Source: Saprolegnia diclina VS20
Taxonomy: Eukaryota
Direction: 5' to 3'
Assembly (NCBI RefSeq): GCF_000281045.1
Contig: NW_008246087.1
Span: 541,629-601,237, forward strand
DNA: 59,609 nucleotides
Below are positions 49,040 through 59,609 of the stretch, piece after piece. Positions within the stretch are counted from its first letter, which is position 1, and each line of letters starts with the position of its first letter. The translations under genes were made by a program, and so were the position numbers. The notes below the pieces were generated by a model. The model saw nothing but the letters and a program-made list of their open reading frames with translations, had not been told where the DNA came from and did not search any database.

Positions 49040-50208
49040 ACTTGCACTGCTTTCCGAACTCGCGTATGTATAGATAAATATATGCCTGGGAAATTGTATA
49101 TTTACTGCCCCTCATCAAACACTCTTTGTTGTTTGGACTGGGCTCGGTCTACATATGTAGGATGTGTATTTTCTGTATTTTATTCTGTATTTTTCTGTAT
49201 CTGGCGTCGGCGGTCGAGACTCCCACATCTCGACGCGCGTGATTCGATGTGTGAAATTGCTTTTGTGTGTGTGAATGTCCCAATGACTTCAAAACGCGTC
49301 GGGCGATCTGATTGCCGTAGCAATATGGTCTGAACGAAAGACGTTAGTTGTACAAATTTCATATCTGAGGGACTTTCATTCGATTATTTTTATTGGAGCT
49401 TTGTGAGCTCTGTCTCTACTAGTCCATCCTACTGCATTCTCGCTCGACCGAGCCCGTCCGTGTCTCCTCCTCGACGCCCCGTGTAGTCGCATAGCTCGCC
49501 ATCGCTCGCATAGTTCTAGCGCCCAATTAAACTTCAAGATCACCACTTCTTTCTCACTCTACGCACGCTCTCTTGCTCGAACTCCAACCACTCGAGCATC
49601 TAGGAGCTTGGTCGATTTGTCGGTGTCCCTTCGCTCGTGCTGCATCATGGAATCTGCGTCGGTGTTACATCCACCAGTTCGGCCGCAGCGCCACTCGGAG
49701 GTCACCAAGTCACAACCCCAGCAACGGTACGAGCTCATTAGCAGCCACGATACAGGCTCGTTCAGCTGGCTCGTTCGGTGGGAGCGAGGCGTCCCGTTCG
49801 AGTCCAGTAGATCTTATAGCAAGATCTGCACTGAGATGGGCTCGAACGACTGAGTTTCTTATTCCGCCGCGTCTTTCCAGCCTCTTCTCCGAGTCCCATT
49901 CGACTGCTTCGACAGCTTCGTTTGCGCGAGGCCAAGGGCTTTGGCCAGGACAAGGACGACACTCCCAACTCGAGCTCGTCTGCAGTTTTGGATCCTTCTT
50001 GCAGAGGTACGAAATCATCATCGCGGTTCATTGGGCTGAGCCAGAAGGATCATCATGATGAGGGTGATAGACCAAGGGATAGACTGACACCAACCTCGAG
50101 ACGTCGGAGCACACTCCGATGCCCACAGTCGACACCCGGCACTGAATCAGACGCACAATCAAGTTCTGCGTGATTGCCACGCTTGGCGGTCATGAGTCAA
50201 ATCGCTGC

Positions 50209-51200
50209 TATGCTTCCTCGCCGCCGCCGTGCACGCCCGTGTCGCTCCACTTGACGTTGGCTATGACCCGCCGCTATATCTCGACTGTCGCAGTGACGCG
50301 GCGCGAGCTACACGGCCGTGCACTTTGCCTCTCTGAGCGTCCCGATCCGCGGCCACGTCACGCTAACGAGCCGAGACGAGTCCATCGGCTACAGTGGTGA
50401 CACGACGCTCGGCGACTCCTGTGCGCCGTGGATCCTAAGCGACGAGGTCGTCCTCACGTACACGGTCGACACGTATGCCAGCCCACCGACGCTGCCAGTG
50501 GTGTCGATCGACACGGTGAGTTTCTGGCACCCGTCGTCCTTTGAGCCCGAAGCGGTGTGCGGCAAGGACGACGTGAACAAGCAGCCGTCGGCGGTCGCCA
50601 TCGCGCGGCTGCTCATCAACGGCAAGGCGCTTTGCACGAGGTGACGCCTCGGCTCGGAGGGCCACCTCGTGACCAACCACCGCTGCATCAAGACGCTGGA
50701 CGCGGCGGTGCAAAAGGTCCAAGTCGAGCTCGGCGTTTGCGACGACGCCGACAACAAGAAGGCGGTCGCGTGCAAGTGCTCGGTCGTCGCCACCGAGGCC
50801 GAGCTTGTCTACCTCGACAACAACATGGACTTGGCACTCTTATATATTGGGAACGTGGATCTGACGCAGTGGGGTACCTCTCAATGCAACTCGGCGAAGA
50901 GATCCACATCATTGGCGCTGGTGGCCGCAGCACGCGGCGGTTGTCGTCGACTCGGGCAAGCCCGGTGTCGTCACGAACGCGAGCATCAACGTTTGTGTCG
51001 AAGAAAAAATCGGGTACGACCTGGATACGCAAGGCGGCAACTCGGGCTCCCCAGTGCTCTCGACGTCAACCTGCACAACTGTCGTGGGTGCCCTTCCGGA
51101 CCCAACGGCGGCGTCAAAACCAAGAAGATCGTCGACACCTTCGTCGCCAAGAAGCTCCGCCCGGCAAACGCGCTCGCAACGAGTAGCAGCAGGCCAATTT
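50209..51200 (+). pseudogene. Degenerate trypsin-like (lysyl-endopeptidase-type) serine protease
   Basis: EAVCGKDD, AIARLLINGKALCT* (in-frame stop), GSEGHLVTNHRCI (the catalytic His position reads Arg), and DTQGGNSGSPVL in another frame. Confidence 0.75.
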
Positions 51201-51297
51201 TGTCATTTTGTATGTTACAAAAGACCTCGGGGTTCGATAACGTGTCATTTGTTGCTGTATGCACGCAGTCCACCATGTGATCACTCCTGTCGACACG

Positions 51298-53029
51298 TCA
51301 CGGAACGTTGATGACGGCCGGCCCGAGCATGGCCGTCATCGTCACGAGGCGCGTGGCGGCCCGAAGCCCGTCTTTGGTGCTAACGTAGCTGTCAAAGCGC
51401 ACGCGGTGGTCGTCAAGGAGCCGCAATTGGCGGCCGTAGAATGCCGTTTCTAAGAACTTGTCGCTCTCGTGGAAGCCCGCGCGGTACGCTGCGTAGACGC
51501 GGCGCCAAGTGCTCTTGGCTTCTAAATACGGCAACGACGAAGCGTTCTGCAGCAGTTGCAAGCCGGTCGACTCGAACGCCGTGGCAATCACTGCAAGGTT
51601 CTCTCGCGATTGCAGCGCCGCTGCAATCGCGACAAGGACCGCGCCGCCACCCGGCAGCATGCGATCATCGTAGCGCGCGTGGTGGAGCCGAGCCAAGCAG
51701 CTTTGTATCGTCTTGACAGCGTCCTGCGCGAGCGACAAGCAGCTCCGCCGGACGAAAAGCGAGACGTGGCGCAGGCCGGGCCGCGTCAGCTGCAGAAAAC
51801 CCATCGTCGGTTCGTCGTCTTCTGCCGTCCTATCGACCGCGCCACTGCCTTGGTATCGCTGCACAAGCACGGACGGCGCCAGGTGCGACACCTGCGGCGA
51901 CGAGACAAACACCGATGTGCTCTCAAACACGGGCACTTGAAACGCAGCTGCGACCTGGCATTTGAAAATGAGACAGACAAGAGGTGTCGAAGCGCGCGCA
52001 CCGCGTGGAGCTGCAGCGTAGCAAAGCATACTACATGGTGAGCACGGCACCAGTCGTCGAGCTGGGCGTCGATGCCATAAGCGGCAACGAGTCCGTCGGC
52101 GTGACTCGCTACAAGGGCATCGCAAAGCGCTTGGGAGAAGGCGATCGACCCGTCGATGAGCACCATCGAGGCCACATGGGTCGGCGACCGCGCGAGCGAC
52201 GGCGCGAGATCCACCGGCACGACCAGTCCATCGACCAAGCGCGTATTCGTGGCGCCAGCAGTCGGATACCAGTGCACAGCAGTGAGCGAGCGATACGCGT
52301 CCGAGAGTAGCGACGGTATCTTGTGGGCGATCGCGAGGGCCATCGCCATGGCTTCTTCCCACTCGTCGGAGCTACCCGAGCAGATCCAGGCGCGTGCTGA
52401 CAAGAGGGTACTTTAGCTTACATGAGCGCCGCCCCGAGCGCCTCGAGTGGGCTTCCTCTTGCGGACTGAAACGAGGCCTCGCGGAGCCACTCGTGGACGT
52501 TGATCACCATGCGGTCACAGGTCGCCAGCGCAATGGCCAGCGCGTCCTGGAAGCGCGATGCAATGTCGATGCTACACACATGTTAGGGCACGACAAGCTA
52601 CCAGCGCTAGTAACTGCGCAAGGTTGCAACGTACGGATCGATCGACTGGGCTTGCAGCACCAGCGCTGCCTCGGCGAAGGCGTGGACGAGGTTGACCAGC
52701 AGCGTGCAGCCCTATCGGCAGCTCGTACTCGCAGACGACACATAAAGATGCGCACTGTTCCATGCGCACGATCGTGTGCTGTGACGGCGTCTCGGAGAAG
52801 ACCCATGGTTGGACTTTCGCTCGCCACGCTGCGCAGGACGACCGCGATGTGCGACGTGAGCCGCGACTCGTCGCCATCTACTCACGCCCCAGTCATTTCG
52901 CCTGTGGACCATACAAAGCATACCAACGATGAGCTTGTGGGCGCGAAGAGGTCCGAGGAGCGTCGCGGCAGTCGCTGTTAGGGCTGCGAAACCTGGCAGC
53001 AGCGACGTGCGGTCGAGGCGGAACCCCAT
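51298..53029 (-). CDS. BBS12: Chaperonin-like Bardet-Biedl protein, BBS12-like (multi-exon)
   Basis: ATLLGPLRAHKLIV, GLLRDAVTAHDRAHGTG, LVDGLVV, MLPGGGAVL, FDSYVSTKDGLRAATRLV: degenerate group II chaperonin motifs. Confidence 0.6.
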
Positions 53030-53653
53030 CGTATTGCGATCTTCGACGTTGTCGGGTACGAAAATCGGTCAATTTCATGCAAATCCAAAATTCCAGAGGA
53101 ACCAACTTGGGTGCAACTCAAGCTCTGAATTGTCGAGGGAGTGGTCCGTGGCGCGCCTTCATTGGTGGCGGCGCATGTATGTTGACAGGTAGACTGATAT
53201 GGGGCCAGCACGCTGCGAAGGCTGGGCAAGCACAGCTACTTCCTCATCCTTGAACGACGCGACTGATGTGACCAGCAAGCCCGCTTGGTCTGGTAACGCC
53301 TCAGCGCGCCACACGTCGAGCAAACAGCTACGTCTGGTTTCCGACTCGACCGATCCGCGCACCAGTTGTGCGCACAGCGAGCTTGATGAAGGGGTGTCTG
53401 GGCCGGCAAAAGGTGATCGCTTCGGCTTCCTCGGTGGTGCTTGCATCTTGCGCATATGCTCATCACCACTATTCAGCCGCGGCTACGGTATTACTGGTCC
53501 CTCTATCATATCGTGTCAGCTGTGCATTTTGCTGCCTATCTCGCTTGCTACTGCCTGGACAGGCCCTCAAGAATATCAGAGCCGCGATCACTTCACCGAT
53601 TTTGGGCCTTTCCCAGCGCTGGGCGTTGAGCGTTCACATTTCAATTCGCAGCC

Positions 53654-55155
53654 ATGCCCGAAGCCATCAAGCACCAAGAGTCGCTCGAGCACGCTCGGTT
53701 CGCCAAGACGCAGCACCTCTGGGCCCTCGGCGTCGGCACGGTCATTGGCGGCGATTTTTTCGGGTGGCAGGCCGGCCTCAGCGCCGGCTTTCTCGGGTAC
53801 CTCATCAACCTCGGCATCGCGTCCATCTTCTACATGCTGCTCGCGTTCTCCATCGCGGAGCTCTCGACTGCGATTCCGTGCGGCGGTGGCCCCTACATCT
53901 TTGCCCAAAAGGCGTGGGGCCCGGGCGCCGCCTACTTTGCGGGCCTTGCCGAGGCGCTCAAGGTCGTTGTTGTCGTCGCAATCGCATGCTCGGCCAACTC
54001 GGGCTACATGAACGAGGTCCTCGGGCTAAGCTCAAGCGTGAGCCCGCTCTGGTGGGTGCTCTTCTGTGGCATCTTTGTGCTCCTCAACATTGGCGGTGTC
54101 GCCATGAGTTTCAACATCCAAGTGGTCGCGACGTGCCTCTCGGTGCTCTTCCTCGTCATTTTCTACGTTGGCGCTGCCTTTCACATTGACTACGACAAGT
54201 GGATCGTGGCCGATGACTGGGAGTTCCAAGGCGGCGTCGGGGGGCTTTTCAGCGGCTTTTCGTTCGCGATGTGGTTCTTCTTTGGCATCGAGGAGCTCCC
54301 GCTCGCGGTCGAAGAGACGGTTGACCCCGCGACGCACATGCCCCGGGGCATCATCCTCTCGTTCGTCTCGCTCTGCACCTTGGCGTTCCTGACGCTCTTT
54401 TTCAACACGGCAATTGCACCGGGTGCCGTCGGCATCATGAACTCGCTCGCACCGCTCTTTGAAGGATACAAGACCATCTTTGGCGACACGAGCGCGGTCC
54501 GCGGCGTCTCGGTGCTGCTCATCATCGGCCTCCTCTCCAGCTTCCACTCGTTCTTGTACGCGATGGGCCGCCTCTTGTACGCAATGGCGCGCGAAGGTAT
54601 TCTTCCGAGCGCCCTCGCCAAGCTGCACCCGACGCGCCACACGCCGTACGTGGCGCTGCTCTCGGGCACATCGTTGGGCCTCCTCCTCGCCATCGTGTAT
54701 GTTTTTTTCGTTTTTTCGAGCAAGTTGCAATCTTATTGGCTTTTCTTAGATTGCACTTTACGATCGGCGACGCCGTCATGACCGCGGTGCTCATCAACCT
54801 CTCGCTCATTGGCGCGCTCGTATCGTACGCGTTCCAGATGTCGTCGTTCATCAAGCTCCGGTGGTCCGCACCCGACATGGAGCGCCCGTACAAGTCGCCC
54901 TTTGGCTTGCCCGGCGCCGTGGTTTGCTTTCTCATGGTGTTTGTGATCCTTGCGTCGATCGTGTACCAAGGCGCGCAGTCGTCCGACTTTCTCGTGTCCA
55001 TTATCGCCGCTGCTGTCTACTTTGGCATTGCGGGCGTCGTGTACGTCTACCGCGTCAAGCACGCAACAAGCGCAATCACGAGCGACAGCGGGTCGCTTCA
55101 AGACAACCTCATGTCGCCGTCGGCCGAGTCCTTTCCGACCTCACACGCGGCGTGA
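53654..55155 (+). CDS. APC-family amino acid permease, ethanolamine-permease-like (one intron near 54697-54750)
   Basis: HLWALGVGTVIGGDFFGW, AELSTAIPCGGGPY, WFFFGIEELPLAVEE, TPYVALL, RPYKSPFG. Confidence 0.88.
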
Positions 55156-55561
55156 GCGGTTTGTGTCCCGTACTTGCTTCAACTATATATTCGTATACAT
55201 GTACATCATTTGCTCTTGATGGGGGCCAAGCAACACGATACGCTTGGCCGAAAGAAGCAGGTACCGCCGACGAGTCCCAGCCGGCTACCGGGTCCTTTGG
55301 CGTCCTTTCTGAAAGATCGTGCCGCCACGATACGATGGTTTATGCATTACTGAACCAAGTTTGCACGAGGCGCCTTAGGAAGAGCGCAATGAACTACAAA
55401 GCCACGTACGAGTGGCCCGACGTGGATGCCATGACACTAGCACATGGTACTGGCCACGCCTTTGCAGCCGTCGACGCTGCAATGCCAAGCGAGGCCAAAC
55501 ACTTCAACACGATCGCAGCTCGGGCTATCGAAGTGGACATCTTGTATTCGTAGTCGTGGTC

Positions 55562-56288
55562 TTATGCAACAGCGCGATATGTGTCGTCGAGCGAGCCCAA
55601 GAGTTGGTTCAACCCCACGGTCATGCGGTTGTCGCTCTGCGCGTCAATCTCGATGACGCGAGCCGATTCATCAAAGTACAAATGACACACGATCGTCAAA
55701 TGCACTTCTTGCCCAACGAGCCTCTGCACAAGCGCTTCGTCTGAGAGGAGTTGTGGGTACAAGGCGGTGACCGTCGTCCGCGAGATGCGCAGGCGCGCGG
55801 TGATTCCCGCCCGCACCATCACTGTCGGGCCCAGCTCGATGGCTTGGATCGCTGGCGTCTCCATGCAAAAGCCGTGGCTGATTGCGTTCGGGAAGCGCCA
55901 GAGCTGCAACAGCGCGTCATGCCCTGTCTGCCCAACGTGTCGTGAGCCTGCCATGGACATAGAAGCAACGCACCTGGCCACGGAGGCGCACGTCCGAATG
56001 CATGTACGTGTGCAAGAAGGCGTGTATCTCGCGCGTCGCGACCGGGCACCCGTGGCGAAAGAGGCGAAAGTACTCGAGCACGACTTGGAGCTCGGTCTCG
56101 TGCTGGCGGACGGCGGTCATTCGCAGTGCGGCGAGGTGGCGCTGGTGCGCAGCGACGTCCGCGTGGAGGGCCGCGACCGACGTCTCGAGCGCTTCGTACG
56201 CAGCGCGACGGCCTTGGCGGTAGCGTCGCTGCACCTCCTTCCGCGTGAGGCGCGGCTTGCGCTACTTCGTCTTGTTTGTCGTGGGCAT
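55562..56288 (-). pseudogene. Oomycete-type bZIP gene with an in-frame TAG at codon 9 (intron 55928-55973)
   Basis: MPTTNKTK*RKPRLTRKEVQRRYRQGRR..LETSVAALHADV; VVLEYFRLFRHG; ALYPQLLSDEALVQRLVGQ. Confidence 0.65.
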
Positions 56289-56839
56289 CAAAAGCCGCGA
56301 TGGGTGAACATGCGTATTTCACCGTGTGTTTCAATTCCCACCGACATACATTCCTCTCATTTCTACAAGCGACAGACTCGTGGCAGTGTGTCGTGGCCGA
56401 GGAGCCAGCCTCAGGCTGGAAGAAGGCGCCGTACAAAGCACTACCCCATCCCGCAGTAAAGCGTTTACTCGTACTAATCTTTCGCCTTTACAAAGCGCTA
56501 CCTTGGCGTGGCGTCGAACGTTGGGCCTGGGCATTGCCAGCTGGATTGATGGACACGGTTCGAGCCCTGGATGCCGCAAGCCAACATTTTTCGTCTCCGA
56601 ATGTCTAGCCTGTTTGGTTGTATGCTGAATCACCCCCGCTGCTACGACAGAAGACAGATGCCAACGGTCGCCGACTGCCTCGCGCAAACGTTCCTCGTGG
56701 CGTGACTTGCCATGGTGCCACGTCATCGTGCGTTCGTGTCAACAACGTACAATGTCATTCATACCCCGACACGTGTACTAGTCCAATAACGTAGTAGCAA
56801 TACTGCCATCGGTTCCTTGCAACCAGCGCCATCTCTTGA

Positions 56840-57684
56840 TCATCGTGGTATCGTGAGCTCGCCGTTGGCTTGTATCTGAGCTCCGTCAACAATGAGAAGT
56901 GCGTTCTCGGCACCGACGAGTGCGAGCAAAGCGGGAATGATGCTGCCGGCCGTGTCCATGCGCGAGATCGAACCGTCCGGTTGAAAGTGAAATGTGTTGA
57001 CGATCGGCATCGAGAGCACTTGTCCGACCAAGCGCTGGACGAGCCACTCGTTCTGCAANNNNNNNNNNNNNNNNNNNNNNNNNNNNNNNNNNNNNNNNNN
57101 NNNNNNNNNNNNNNNNNNNNNNNNNNNNNNNNNNNNNNNNNNNNNNNNNNNNNNNNNNNNNNNNNNNNNNNNNNNNNNNNNNNNNNNNNNNNNNNNNNNN
57201 NNNNNNNNNNNNNNNNNNNNNNNNNNNNNNNNNNNNNNNNNNNNNNNNNNNNNNNNNNNNNNNNNNNNNNNNNNNNNNNNNNNNNNNNNNNNNNNNNNNN
57301 NNNNNNNNNNNNNNNNNNNNNNNNNNNNNNNNNGAGCAAGTCATGGCGCATGACGCTGTTTAGGAAGGCGTCTTGGCTCGCTTGCAGGTGCGGTCGGTGC
57401 ACTTGGTAGCCGTGCCGAAACGACGAGAAGAACTCGATTGCCGTGCGGAGCGCGCTGTCGTGGGGCGCATTGACGGCGCGCAGGACCTCGAGCTGGCCTT
57501 CGCATCGCGCAATCTGGCATTGCAGCTGCTGGACAGAGCCCTCGAGGCGCTCCAGATTCTCTCGCTTTTGCGCGACGTAGCGCAGCTGGCGGAGGCGGGT
57601 ACTCATCTTGCGCTTGGCAGCGTCGCCTCGTGTGTGCTTGGTGGCACACGGCACCGGAGATGTGGTCAAGTCTGTCGGCACCAT
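56840..57684 (-). CDS. Oomycete-type bZIP transcription factor (interrupted by an N-gap)
   Basis: KRKMSTRLRQLRYVAQKRENLERLEGSVQQL zipper; EFFSSFRHG; LVQRLVGQVL. Confidence 0.75.
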
Positions 57685-59489
57685 GCGCGCCGGTACCGAA
57701 CTGTGCGAGTCTGCGGAGGGCGTTTCCGAACTGATGGATCTCCGCCGAAGGTTGAAGTGCTGGCAACGGACCTTTCTATTTCTTCTGGAATCACTTTGCA
57801 TTTCAGGGTGGGGTGCAAAGCTCAATATCGGATGTGATTGGCTACTTGTTGCGGGCTAGGCGTTTGGATTGGCCAAATTCGGCGAATGTACCATAAGTGT
57901 GGCATTCTCCAATTGTTTGGACACGGCACGAGAGAAAAGAGAAGAAAGGAAGCAGGGGCAGCCACTGGAAGAGAAGGCATTCGTCGGACGTTGGGAGTGG
58001 TACCCATCAGCGCTACGCTTGCGTGGAGGCCCATACGACAAAGGTGTTGTCCAAACATTATACTTGGAATTTGTATGTACCAAACAATTGCAACCCGGCC
58101 AACTCCAAATCCCTCCCAAACCTACCCCTCCAGACCCCATTTGGCCAATCCAGGTTGCGATAAGTGATATATATTTGATATGTTCGGATATGACTGGTCG
58201 CGATTTACTCTACTGTGTATTCATTGGACGCGATTTGTAATTTTGTGGAGACACCGTGGGAGCCACAAGCAAGATCATGGAGGCGCCGCAGGACGCGCTG
58301 ACGCGCAAGGCTCCAACCTGAGCGAATCGGCCGGACCTGAGCGAATCGGTCGGATCAGAAGACTTGGCTTATGTCGCCAAATGCAGCCCCGGCCTACCTC
58401 GACTGCGCCTTTAGTCGGAGACACGAAATGCACTGCGAGTACGTGCCGCGCTATCGCCGTCGCCTCGATCGCCCAGTGCGAAAGCTCCACGTGGCGAGGC
58501 CAGCCACCGAGGCCACCCGCGATGCGAACGACGATGCTGGAGGCGGAGACGCCGAGGCGGACCTCGAAGATGCCACCAGCTTCACGCCGCCGCCGCTGAG
58601 AAAGTCTCTCGACAACATGTGCCCGGCAGTGATGAGCACACCCTGGAATAAGATCAAACTTCAGCTGCGGCTACGATCTAGTAAACCCGACCGCGTAATG
58701 CATTTCCTTTCCCATCGATGCCTACTGGTGATGTGGCACCCATCGACTTTCTGCTTGCCGATAGGTAGATCGACGTCACTTTTGCTGTCGTTTGCCTGAT
58801 GTCATTTTGCTCAGCGTGCTCTAAACACCAACATGATCATGTGTCTATCGTGCTCCGCGTACTTGTATGTTGGACACCAACACGATCAAGTGTCCGTGAT
58901 GCTACAAGGCGCTTACCACAAGATCTCATGCCTATAAGTCTAATGCAGCAGTAAACATGCTATGCTCCCATCGTTATACGGGGCGGGCGGGAGTTGAATC
59001 ACACACGCGAGGTCGAGCTCATCGCGCCGCAGCACGAAGAGCCGCAATCCGCGCCAAAGATCCGGAGCGTCTTACACTATTTTCGTTTCTCCAATGGGAA
59101 GCGTGGATTGTTTGGCCACATTTGTCCCCTCGGCCAATCAGATCGTGCGATTTCAACGAGAGTTCAACAGCTATGAAAGGATCGCCCCAAATTCTAGTCA
59201 ACCATGCAGTGATCACACACCGTCACAGGTTTCTCAAGTTGAAATACTGTGAAAAGGCAGCGCCCAACGCTGTAAAAACATCACAAGACGAAAGTTGATC
59301 ACAGGGTCTTTGACGCCAACAATGGTAAGTGAGTCTATCTAGTTATAATTTTGCCAACACTGGCTGACTGGGCTGCTCGTGGAGATTTGCATTGCCCGAA
59401 TCGAGTGTGTAGCGAACGGGAGAGGCACCAGAAATGTACACCAGAAAAATGATTTTGCAAACAAAGAAGGCTAGCGCACTACCAGCGCA

Positions 59490-59609
59490 CTACTGGAGCA
59501 TGGTGAGCTCGCCACTTGAGTTCATCTGCGCGCCGTCCGCCACGACAAGCGCCTCGTCCGTGCTGCCCAAAAGGCTGACGAGCGCCGCCGCGATGTCGGT
59601 CGCTGTCTC
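59490..59609 (-). CDS. 3' end of a third bZIP-family paralog (runs off the window)
   Basis: ETATDIAAALVSLLGSTDEALVVADGAQMNSSGELTMLQ* resembles the C-terminus of 56840-57684 (ALLALVGAENALLIVDGAQIQANGELT). Confidence 0.7.
   Translation of the reverse strand, partial: ETATDIAAALVSLLGSTDEALVVADGAQMNSSGELTMLQ

Noticed and set aside
58180..58800. GC-rich ORF fragments between bZIP genes
   Set aside because: No recognisable domain or consistent gene model.

Overview
Eukaryotic, gene-dense genomic DNA with four N-gaps, almost certainly from an oomycete and probably Saprolegniales. Support: short ~43-60 nt GT-AG introns, C/G-rich third codon positions, TCAYTTYNCAWTTT-like INR/FPR promoter elements, an RWP-RK factor and oomycete-type bZIPs. 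About 30 genes are recognisable by eye. Housekeeping and mitochondrial genes: NSF, CDC45, NBAS/Sec39, PGS1, RPC40, SAHH, fibrillarin, MRPL21, SDHAF2, and NDUFAF8-, FMC1-, BBS12- and Sds3-like genes. Tandem arrays: 3 nicotinamidases, 3 MFS transporters, 2 HCCA-isomerase/DsbA genes, small Qc-SNAREs and 3 bZIPs. The best candidate for an undescribed system is extracellular niacin scavenging. A tandem array of nicotinamidases (3.8-8.0 kb), two of which visibly carry signal peptides, lies ~11.5 kb from three intronless MFS genes (19.5-26.6 kb) whose motifs closely match the bacterial niacin transporter NiaP/YceI. The transporter promoters carry a strong excess of TGA(C/G)TCA (AP-1/GCN4-type) sites, and one such site lies upstream of the intact nicotinamidase. 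All family calls come from motif recognition, not database searches.
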